The translations under genes and the position numbers were made by a program. From positions 62,001-82,822 of the IMG/VR virus record IMGVR_UViG_3300045999_010308: a stretch of 20,822 nt of DNA; one strand, given 5' to 3'. The DNA comes from an uncultured virus (IMG/VR IMGVR_UViG_3300045999_010308). Its lineage: Duplodnaviria > Heunggongvirae > Uroviricota > Caudoviricetes. This document shows positions 8,134-15,349 of this stretch, one piece after another. The first letter of the stretch is position 1. Each line of letters starts with the position of its first letter. The notes beneath the pieces were generated by a model, which saw nothing but the letters and a program-made list of their open reading frames with translations, was not told where the DNA came from and ran no database searches.

Positions 8134-8415
8134 TTAATTAAATTTTTTGTACTCTTGTAGTATTATTTGGGTTGCCTCCTCAATTTGGGTTCCTTTTGAT
8201 AGCAGTTCAAGGACTTTAGCTAAAACTTGTCTGACTCGTTCTTTACCTATTCCTAATTCTGCTGTAGTTGATGCCACTTTAAAGCGATAGTTCCGATGAC
8301 GGGAAGTAACAGGCACTGGGTCAAGATTATTGTTTTTTGCCCACACCAGATAGATGTAGGCTTGTCTAGAAGTTATCACTTTTGTTTTTCTAGTCTTAAT
8401 TTTTGAAAACATCAA
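8134..8415 (-). CDS. Small HTH protein (sigma region 4-like), last gene of the operon; possible Aca-like regulator
   Basis: ASTTAELGIGKERVRQVLAKV helix-turn-helix pattern. Confidence 0.55.
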   Translation of the reverse strand: MMFSKIKTRKTKVITSRQAYIYLVWAKNNNLDPVPVTSRHRNYRFKVASTTAELGIGKERVRQVLAKVLELLSKGTQIEEATQIILQEYKKFN

Positions 8416-8947
8416 TCATCTGGTATTCTTTGATTAAATCAAGGGAATATACACTCCAAATATGAGCGTCTAAAAAGTTAATTCCCGCATTTTTTGCCGC
8501 TAGTTTATCTTCTTCTCGATCTCCTACCATTAAAATATCGATAGGTTCTTTGGCGAAGGCTCTTAAAGCAGCAAAAATCATCCCAGGATTAGGCTTTCTG
8601 AATTGCTCAATAAGATCGGGGTACAGTTCATCAATTTGCACGCAGGAACATTTTCTCACGCGAAAACATTCCCGTCCTTTAAAATCAGGGCAAAAATAAA
8701 TGCAAGAAAGCCGGGGAAATATTTCTAAAGTTTTTAGCTGTTCTTCAATTGCACTTTTTAAGGATTTATGTCCAGCAGCTACTCCGCCCTGATTAGTGAT
8801 TCCTATCATCGTCCATCCCTCTTGATGGTAAATTTCCATAGCTTTTATCGCCCCTTCGATTGGTTCCTGATCGTTTGGATCTTCGATGAATTTTCCGTTG
8901 GTAGATTGGCGGATCGTGCCATCAAGATCGAGCAATAAAGCTTTCAT
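8396..8947 (-). CDS. HAD-superfamily IIIA phosphatase (GmhB/histidinol-phosphatase/polynucleotide 3'-phosphatase-like)
   Basis: DLDGT motif I, ITNQGG motif II, RKPNPGM motif III, MVGDREED motif IV. Confidence 0.9.
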   Translation of the reverse strand: MKALLLDLDGTIRQSTNGKFIEDPNDQEPIEGAIKAMEIYHQEGWTMIGITNQGGVAAGHKSLKSAIEEQLKTLEIFPRLSCIYFCPDFKGRECFRVRKCSCVQIDELYPDLIEQFRKPNPGMIFAALRAFAKEPIDILMVGDREEDKLAAKNAGINFLDAHIWSVYSLDLIKEYQMIDVFKN

Positions 8948-8955
8948 TTTTTCAA

Positions 8956-8998
8956 ATTTTCCCCTACTTAAGCTTCAGGGCATCCCTAATAGGGATTA
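8956..8998 (-). repeat. 43-bp leader repeat containing a CRISPR-repeat hairpin (copy 2)
   Basis: Minus strand TAATCCCTATTAGGGATGCCCTGAAGCTTAAGTAGGGGAAAAT; differs from 9291-9334 by 2 substitutions and 1 indel. Confidence 0.85.
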
Positions 8999-9040
8999 AG
9001 CGAATAATCAAGACAACTGATAACTGACAACCAATTCAAC

Positions 9041-9277
9041 CTATCTAGTGTTGCATCCCAAAATTCCATAAGGATCGCCGTCTTCCTCCACATCTATACT
9101 ATTCCATCGCTGAATAATTTCTTCAGCAAAAGCCTTAGTTAGCAGGGAACCTGGACGATAATATGATCTTCTGTAATGGGCTACTTCTGCGGCAGTTAAA
9201 ATTTCAGAAGTAGTAGCCCGGGAGTTGATGTAGTTAGCAAATTCTTGAGCAGTCATTACCTTTTTGGAATTAGCCAT
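9041..9277 (-). CDS. Small hypothetical protein (78 aa) bracketed by CRISPR-like hairpins; anti-CRISPR candidate
   Basis: ORF with purine-rich leader; function inferred from context only. Confidence 0.65.
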   Translation of the reverse strand: MANSKKVMTAQEFANYINSRATTSEILTAAEVAHYRRSYYRPGSLLTKAFAEEIIQRWNSIDVEEDGDPYGILGCNTR

Positions 9278-9290
9278 TGCCTTCTTGATG

Positions 9291-9404
9291 ATTTTCCCCC
9301 TACTTAAGCTTCGGGGTATCCCTAATAGGGATTAGATAAAGCGCACGCAACTACGACTATAGTTCATAGTTTCAATTCCTAATAGGAGTTCTTTGTGCAG
9401 CTAC
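9291..9404 (-). CRISPR. Solitary CRISPR-like unit: repeat (9369-9404), spacer (9335-9368), degenerate repeat/leader (9291-9334); no cas genes
   Basis: GTAGCTGCACAAAGAACTCCTATTAGGAATTGAAAC (36 nt, GT...ATTGAAAC, hairpin TCCT-ATT-AGGA), then TATGAACTATAGTCGTAGTTGCGTGCGCTTTATC, then TAATCCCTATTAGGGAT. Confidence 0.7.
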
Positions 9405-9470
9405 CTTAAGTAAATCACTTAATTCTTGATAGGTGTTGGCGAAGCGTGCCGCTTTAGGCACTGGCACGCT
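9405..9470 (-). promoter_or_regulatory. Family C promoter/operator, copy 1 (upstream of the CRISPR-like unit)
   Basis: TCTTGATAGGTGTTGGCGAAG shared with the 9968-9988 copy; inverted repeat AGCGTGCC-N12-GGCACGCT. Confidence 0.6.
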
Positions 9471-9921
9471 GAGAAAAGCGGTAGCATACTTCTTGATAGG
9501 AGATGCTCTGGATTTCCCCTTTGACATTTTCAAATACCCAATAATCGCCATCGCTATCTTGATAAATAGCATTAGCATTTAAATCAATAGGAATCTCAAA
9601 AGTTGCAGATGTTTCGCCTTTTTTACCTTCAAATTTTCGACTTACAGGCTCGATAAACTTCTTAGTGAATCCACCGTGCTTAATATCTTTTTCGGGTGAG
9701 ATTTTCGCTACCCATGCTCTCCAAGCGCGGCGAGGAGTTTCTAAAATAAGAGTGCGAGTTTTAGGCAATCTTTTAAAAGCCACGATATTATTTTTTTGAA
9801 GCTGTTCAATTGCGGCTTCTACCGCTAAGATTTTTTCAATTAGTTTACGCTGGTTTTGCCGTCCTCTACTGATTGCTAGTTGAGCGTTTAGTCGAGCCAG
9901 TTTAGATTGTAGGTTATTCAT
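9454..9921 (-). CDS. Hypothetical protein (155 aa), N-terminus shared with 5278-6531
   Basis: ORF behind a family C promoter. Confidence 0.8.
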   Translation of the reverse strand: MNNLQSKLARLNAQLAISRGRQNQRKLIEKILAVEAAIEQLQKNNIVAFKRLPKTRTLILETPRRAWRAWVAKISPEKDIKHGGFTKKFIEPVSRKFEGKKGETSATFEIPIDLNANAIYQDSDGDYWVFENVKGEIQSISYQEVCYRFSQRASA

Positions 9922-9933
9922 GATCTGCGATGC

Positions 9934-10012
9934 GTGTTTTGCTTACATTTCTAATATAGATCGATCCTCTTGATAAGTGTTGGCGAAGTGTGACACTTGA
10001 TAAACTGCCACT
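9934..10012 (-). promoter_or_regulatory. Family C promoter/operator, copy 2 (with family B-type -10/leader)
   Basis: GATC-TATATT-AGAAATG -10 context as in family B; no TTGACA, but GTGAC-N12-GCCAC inverted repeat upstream. Confidence 0.65.
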
Positions 10013-10039
10013 AGAATAACTAAGAATCTATTTAAAGTA

Positions 10040-10225
10040 ATAAGCACTAGACCAAGTGCGTGCGTCAGCCGACTACTATTTCAAATCGGTTACTGGACTT
10101 ACACCAGCAAGCTTAAAACGACTCATTAACTAGTCTCACCAGCCGACTACTATTTCAAGTCGGTTACTGATCTGCCCAGTAGCTTATGGAGGCTCTAATT
10201 AATGGATGCACTCGGTTTCGCACCT
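10040..10225 (-). ncRNA. Putative structured ncRNA with two tandem ~74-nt units
   Basis: 30-bp direct repeats 10066-10095 and 10140-10169 (29/30 identical) forming a CCGA(C/T)T-loop-AGTCGG hairpin; own promoter upstream; no ORF; terminal hairpin GCACT-TGGTCT-AGTGC. Confidence 0.55.
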
Positions 10226-10292
10226 TATATTTTAAATATATCATGATAATTTTCAGATAGTTGGCAAAGTGTGACAGTTTATCAAGTGTCAC
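10226..10292 (-). promoter_or_regulatory. Family C promoter/operator, copy 3
   Basis: GTTGGCAAAGTGTGAC-N12-GTCAC; TATATT/TAAAAT -10 candidates. Confidence 0.6.
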
Positions 10293-10312
10293 TGTAGATA
10301 CTTTTGTACTGA

Positions 10313-11362
10313 TTATTCTGTAAACCACTGTAAATAAATCTGATGCGCTATCTGTGCAGTCATTACAGGAGGCACGCTCATTCCTATTAAATACTTTGGA
10401 TCGATATTTTTAAAGTTGTAATCGAGTGGATAGCTACCAATTAGGCAAGTTGCTTTATTTGATATATAATTATTTAAGTTACTGTGTATTAGCTTCTTGT
10501 TGCTTGCTATTACTGTTAAAGGCGTTTGATTTTCTAAGCAAACAAAAGTAAATCCAATGCTGCCGATTTTGCCATTTAAACTTTTTTTATGTGTTTGTAA
10601 CACACCTGTTGATGTTATAGGGTTTTTTAAAAGTTTTTTTATATAATTATGTTTAATTGCTTCTCCAATTTCATTTGTTCCAAATTCACCAAACAAAATT
10701 GGCTCTTCATTAAAATTTAACTCTAGATTTTTAAAGTTTAAATCATTCCTTTGACAAATAAAGAACACTCGCTCACGTTTTTAAGGCACTCCCATGCTTG
10801 CGGCGTTCAAAAGAAATAACTGTACTTTATATCCTGCTTTTTCAAATTCATCTTTTATTCGCTTTACATACGCTTTGGCATTACCTTGAATAATTCCTTT
10901 AACATTTTCAGCGATAACGACCTTTGGCTGTAGTTTTTTTGCTAATCGTATGTAATCAAAGAAAAGGTCATCAAGCCGCTGTTTAGCCTGACCTTCCCTA
11001 AATACTTTTTCTTTCCCCCAGTCTTTTTCTCTATTTCCTGCTATGCTAAATGAAGAGCAGGGAGGTGAGCCGTCTAAAATATCTAGGTTATAAAGTTCAT
11101 TAGGAAAGATTGTACGATCAGCAAAATCTCTTATATCTTCAATAAATAAATATTTAGGATTGTGGTTAACTTTATATACATCAGCTACCTGCGAGTCTAT
11201 TTCAACACCTCCTAAATGGTCAAAACCTGCTAACTTGTAACCCATAGTCGAACCACCGCCACAGATAAAAGTACCAAATACTTTTAACCCATGTTTTTCA
11301 ATTCCAGGTGCTGGGTATCCATCTGACAAATTCCACTTATATGCAAATTTATGTTTAGTCAT
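10313..11362 (-). pseudogene. C5 DNA cytosine methyltransferase interrupted by a single in-frame TAA (10781-10783)
   Basis: Motifs FICGGG (I), GSPPCSSFS (IV), ENV (VI), GVP*KRERVFF (VIII; normally GVPQxRxR), IGMSVPP (X); both ORF halves are in the same frame. Confidence 0.88.
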
Positions 11363-12059
11363 TACCTAAAAGCTTCCATACCGCTTGTTCGGGTGTCAAT
11401 GCTATTTTACTTAATTGTTCTTTTACTTGCCAGTATTCATTTTCTGTATAACTTAATTTAATTATCATTTGCCCATCCATACCCTCGATGTCAATTTCTT
11501 TGTTTTTTCCCGAAAAATTATCTGTTATATTTGATTCAAAATTATCAGAATTATCTAAATTATCTGAAGTATTTAAAGCTTCTAGGATTGAATTTAAATC
11601 GCCGATTACTCCTAAATTCTCCCCTTCTTCATCAAGGTATTCAGCCTGGCTAATTAGTAAGTCAGTATCAAAAAGCTTTAATTCCGTAGCAAGGTCAAGC
11701 CCTGCCCCGTGAATCGTAGAATGGTTGTGAATAATCGAGTATTTTATAGCTTGAGCCTCATTTTTAGCGTAAACTCCTACTAAAACAGGAACCATCCACT
11801 CCCCATCGTTGTCAATATCTATACCTCTAGGTCGATCTATTTTGCGCTTTTTAATTGCTAATAGTGCGGCACACCGATCATGACCCTCAGTAATCCCCCC
11901 TTTTCCGCCGTTTAAGCTTGGATCGTAGCCAATTGGATCTTTAAATCCCAACTCCAATATTGAAGCTATTGTGTTTTCAGTGGCGTGTTTTTTGGAATTA
12001 CCCTTTAGTTGTTTTAGGTCGCAAAGCCGTCGATACTCAATTTCTAATTTATCTGTCAT
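11355..12059 (-). CDS. ParB/Srx-like N-terminal domain protein (phage DNA-modification associated)
   Basis: NSKKH...IASILELGFKDPI...ITEGHDRCAAL pattern; overlaps the MTase start; likely start MTDKLEI. Confidence 0.7.
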   Translation of the reverse strand: MTDKLEIEYRRLCDLKQLKGNSKKHATENTIASILELGFKDPIGYDPSLNGGKGGITEGHDRCAALLAIKKRKIDRPRGIDIDNDGEWMVPVLVGVYAKNEAQAIKYSIIHNHSTIHGAGLDLATELKLFDTDLLISQAEYLDEEGENLGVIGDLNSILEALNTSDNLDNSDNFESNITDNFSGKNKEIDIEGMDGQMIIKLSYTENEYWQVKEQLSKIALTPEQAVWKLLGND

Positions 12060-12100
12060 GATTGATGTAAGATTAAGTAACTCTACTACTATAATAACCA

Positions 12101-12865
12101 ATGGTTGTCACTAATCGAGGCAGAAAGCGTACATACTCTATTCATGAAGAGGTAATCGAGTTTACCAAATATCCTATCTGGGAACAGCAAGAACTAGAAA
12201 CCCCTGATTGGTTTGAAAGATTTCAGATTTTTTACCTTCCTATTCCTTCAGGCTATCGCACTTTAAATCGAGCCTACGGTAACTGCGGGGAAGCTTCTGG
12301 GGAACAGATAGAGAAGACTAAATTTAAACGAGCTAAAACTGTCCCCGATGACTGGCAGTTAGCGCATAAAAACTATCGATGGGAAGAGCGGGCGAAAGCC
12401 TATTGGCTTTTAAAGATTCAAGAGCAGCAAGCTTACACTGATAGCATTTTACGAGAAATCCGAGAGAAGACTCTAAAGATTACTCTAAAAAACCTCGAAA
12501 AGATTGAACAGATGACTAATTATCCGATTTCTCGCCGTCGGATAGATTCTGTAGATGAATCGGGCCGGCCGATTGCCATAACAATTGAACCTAACGGAAA
12601 TTGGAATCATAGAGACGCAGTGACTATGGCTAAAACGTTGACTGATACCTTTGAAAAAGTTTTAGGTTTTGACACCATCGAGTACGCAATTAATATTGTT
12701 CAAAAGCACGGATTAGCTGTTATTGACCCTGACGGAAAACTTATAGGACATTCTGGCATAGAGAAACTCGACGACGGACTGACCTCGATTATTCGTGATA
12801 GTGCAGAATTTGATGATGATGTAATGATTCCCACTAGGATAAGCGATGACGATGAAAGCGAGTAA
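12101..12865 (+). CDS. Putative terminase small subunit
   Basis: Overlaps and precedes terL; WEQQELET..WF..F...W...YRWEERAKAY pattern seen in TerS-position proteins. Confidence 0.55.
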   Translation: MVVTNRGRKRTYSIHEEVIEFTKYPIWEQQELETPDWFERFQIFYLPIPSGYRTLNRAYGNCGEASGEQIEKTKFKRAKTVPDDWQLAHKNYRWEERAKAYWLLKIQEQQAYTDSILREIREKTLKITLKNLEKIEQMTNYPISRRRIDSVDESGRPIAITIEPNGNWNHRDAVTMAKTLTDTFEKVLGFDTIEYAINIVQKHGLAVIDPDGKLIGHSGIEKLDDGLTSIIRDSAEFDDDVMIPTRISDDDESE

Positions 12866-14501
12866 ATTATCATTAAAAAATCTCTCAAAGATAAAAACAG
12901 CGACCGAAAAATATCGACTTGTTAACACCAAAGAAGAAATTGTTTTTCCTCAATTACAAGAGGGAAAACAAGCTTTATTTGGAAAAATTGACGCTGATGT
13001 AATTATATTCGGTGGAGCCGCAGGAGCAGGAAAGACCAGAGCCTTATTAACTGATTTTGTTCGTCAAGAATATATTGACAATCCTGATTACCGGGCTGTC
13101 ATGTTTCGCCGGACTTATCCTGAATTTACTCAAGCTGGGGGATTAGTAGATGAAAGTCGTAAAATCTATTATCCTATCAAGGGTACTTTTATAGAAAAGC
13201 CTAGTCTTGAATGGCGGTTTCCTAGTGGTGCTAGGGTATCTTTTAGGCATTTACAGCATGAAAAAACCGTGCATATTTATCAAGGCTCTCAGATTACTAG
13301 GATCGGTTTTGACGAACTAACCCATTTTACGCGGGAACAGTTTTTCTATCTTCTCTCTAGAAACCGGTCTGTATCAGGAATTAAACCCTCTGTTAGAGCA
13401 ACCTGTAACCCCGACGCTGATTCATGGGTAGCTAGTTTTATCTCTTGGTGGATCAACCCAAAAGACGGTTATGCTATTGAAGAAAGGTCGGGAATAGTTC
13501 GATACTTTATTAGGCAGGGAGATACGGTTTATTGGGCTGATAATAAACAAGAATTAATTGATAAATTTAGTCTTAAAGATAAGCTTTTTGAAATGATTCC
13601 TAATGATATTCAAAAAAAGTTTTTATTAAATGAAGAAATAAGCATTAAACCAGAAGACTTAATCAAGAGTTTTACTTTTATTCCTGCCACGATTTTTGAT
13701 AATAGAGAACTGATAAAAGTTAACCCTACCTACTTAGCTAACCTTTATTCACTTCATCAAGTTGAACGAGAAAGACTTCTTAGAGGTAATTGGAAGATTA
13801 AATACGAAGCTGGTACAGTATTTGATCGGACTTGGTTTGAGATTCTCGATAAAGTACCCGATGATTGGAAGTTAATAGGTAAAGTGAGGTTCTGGGATTT
13901 AGCGGCAACTGCTAAAGAAAATGCTGAAAACTATCACTGTTACACGAGTGGGACTCTTGTTTATAAATACCAAAGAATTAAGAATACACTACCAGATTTA
14001 ACTGAAATCAAGGAATTTGCCTATGTAATTGCTGACAATATCTGTGAGCAGAAAAAGGTAGGGGAAGTTGAGTTAATGCTTAAAAATACTGCTGAATTGG
14101 ACGGGAAAACTGTAGCTGTAAGATGGGAGCAGGAAGGGGGGTCAAGCGGTAAATTTGTTGAGAATACCATTACTAATGTAATTAAAGAAAATCATCCGAA
14201 TCATGATATTAGAGCGATAGCACCTCAAGGGGATAAACTAACGCGGGCTTTACCCGTAGCCACGGCAGCTAGTCGGGGACAAATCTTTATCTTAAGAGAT
14301 GGGACATGGAACACTCGGTTTTTAAATGCCTGCCAGGGTTTTGATGGTAGCAAAAAAACACCCCCGACTAATGACATTGTAGATAGTCTATCAGGGGCAT
14401 TTTATTCCCTTGAAAATGAGTTTCAGGGACATGAAAAGGTTATTGGCACGATTGTTACTTCTGCTCCTGTTAATCGGTTTAGAAGCGGTTTTAGGGGTTA
14501 G
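12846..14501 (+). CDS. terL: Terminase large subunit (Terminase_6-type ATPase plus RNase H-like nuclease)
   Basis: Walker A GGAAGAGKT, Walker B IGFDELTHF, RATCNP coupling motif, FWDLAAT and NDIVDSLSGA nuclease motifs. Confidence 0.93.
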   Translation: MTMKASKLSLKNLSKIKTATEKYRLVNTKEEIVFPQLQEGKQALFGKIDADVIIFGGAAGAGKTRALLTDFVRQEYIDNPDYRAVMFRRTYPEFTQAGGLVDESRKIYYPIKGTFIEKPSLEWRFPSGARVSFRHLQHEKTVHIYQGSQITRIGFDELTHFTREQFFYLLSRNRSVSGIKPSVRATCNPDADSWVASFISWWINPKDGYAIEERSGIVRYFIRQGDTVYWADNKQELIDKFSLKDKLFEMIPNDIQKKFLLNEEISIKPEDLIKSFTFIPATIFDNRELIKVNPTYLANLYSLHQVERERLLRGNWKIKYEAGTVFDRTWFEILDKVPDDWKLIGKVRFWDLAATAKENAENYHCYTSGTLVYKYQRIKNTLPDLTEIKEFAYVIADNICEQKKVGEVELMLKNTAELDGKTVAVRWEQEGGSSGKFVENTITNVIKENHPNHDIRAIAPQGDKLTRALPVATAASRGQIFILRDGTWNTRFLNACQGFDGSKKTPPTNDIVDSLSGAFYSLENEFQGHEKVIGTIVTSAPVNRFRSGFRG

Positions 14502-14685
14502 TGGTAGTCCATCCACATTTCCAAACGATACCAGAAGTATTAATGTTAATACGCTCTATTTCGATTGGATTGTCATTTTTGCCGCTAAAATATTTACACC
14601 AATGCCAGATAGCCTCTGGCTCTGATTTTGATGCGATAAGAAGGTTAAATGATGTAACTGAATCTTTAATTAAGTACAAATTCAT
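14491..14685 (-). CDS. Hypothetical protein (64 aa)
   Basis: Overlaps the upstream stop (ATGA coupling); convergent with terL. Confidence 0.55.
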   Translation of the reverse strand: MNLYLIKDSVTSFNLLIASKSEPEAIWHWCKYFSGKNDNPIEIERININTSGIVWKCGWTTTNP

Positions 14686-14969
14686 AAATCCTCGTCAATT
14701 TGATTTATTAGAGACTCTCGATAAAGTCTTTCGCGCTCTATCCAGAAACGAGCAGAAGGTACGCCTAAAGCTAATTCTATTTTATAAGCAGTACGAACAG
14801 TAATTTCTGCTTTACCCTTTATAAGTTGATTAATAGTCTTTTTCGGCAACTTCATGCGACTAGCAAATTCAGTTCTAGTTATTTTTCTTTTTTTTAGGAT
14901 TTCAGCAAGGGTTTCTCCCGGCGGAGAAACAAAATCTGGTGCGTATGTGTTCTCGGTAGTATTAGTCAT
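14682..14969 (-). CDS. HigA-like XRE HTH antitoxin (orphan)
   Basis: YAPDFVSPPGETLAEIL...TEFASRM...INQLIKGKAEIT..TAYKIELALGVPSARFW, a typical HigA pattern; no HigB recognisable. Confidence 0.8.
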   Translation of the reverse strand: MTNTTENTYAPDFVSPPGETLAEILKKRKITRTEFASRMKLPKKTINQLIKGKAEITVRTAYKIELALGVPSARFWIERERLYRESLINQIDEDL

Positions 14970-14983
14970 AGATTTTCGTTAAA

Positions 14984-15349
14984 CTACATATTTTTCCATA
15001 TTCCAGGCGGAATTAAACATTTTTGAACACCCCATAAAGCGCATTGTTCTTCTTCGTCATCGTCAATCATATCTTTGGCTATATCCCATCCCGTATGCTG
15101 ATAGAAAAAGAACATAAACTTAGGTTGAGTCGAAATATTAAATTTTTTTAAAATTACCGTCGTATAATCATTTACTATTTCAGTTTTTAGTAAAAGTTTT
15201 TTAGCAATTTCTTTGTTATCAAACCCACAAAGAAAATAAAAACAGACCTTTTTCTCTAGAAGAGATAATTGATACCAGCAAAGCCAAAAATGACGATGGC
15301 TTGGAGTCATACATTCTTCAATTTCTTCTTCCATTGTTTTACTCCTCAT
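14984..15349 (-). CDS. LuxR/NarL-type HTH regulator
   Basis: LSLLEKKV...GFDNKEIAKKLLLKTEIVNDYTTVILKKFNI. Confidence 0.7.
   Translation of the reverse strand: MRSKTMEEEIEECMTPSHRHFWLCWYQLSLLEKKVCFYFLCGFDNKEIAKKLLLKTEIVNDYTTVILKKFNISTQPKFMFFFYQHTGWDIAKDMIDDDEEEQCALWGVQKCLIPPGIWKNM

Noticed and set aside
9372..9578. ORF 9372-9578
   Set aside because: Overlaps the 9454-9921 gene, the family C promoter and the CRISPR-like repeat; no RBS support.
10066..10169. Canonical CRISPR array, TIGR array or Cas9 tracrRNA
   Set aside because: Only two units, the linkers are similar to each other, there is no GAAAC-type end and no Nop-domain or cas gene; the ACTTGAAATAGT resemblance to a tracrRNA stem-loop is too short.
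14410..14803. Plus-strand ORFs after terL as portal or other genes
   Set aside because: Short, antisense to a coupled minus-strand operon, with no portal features.
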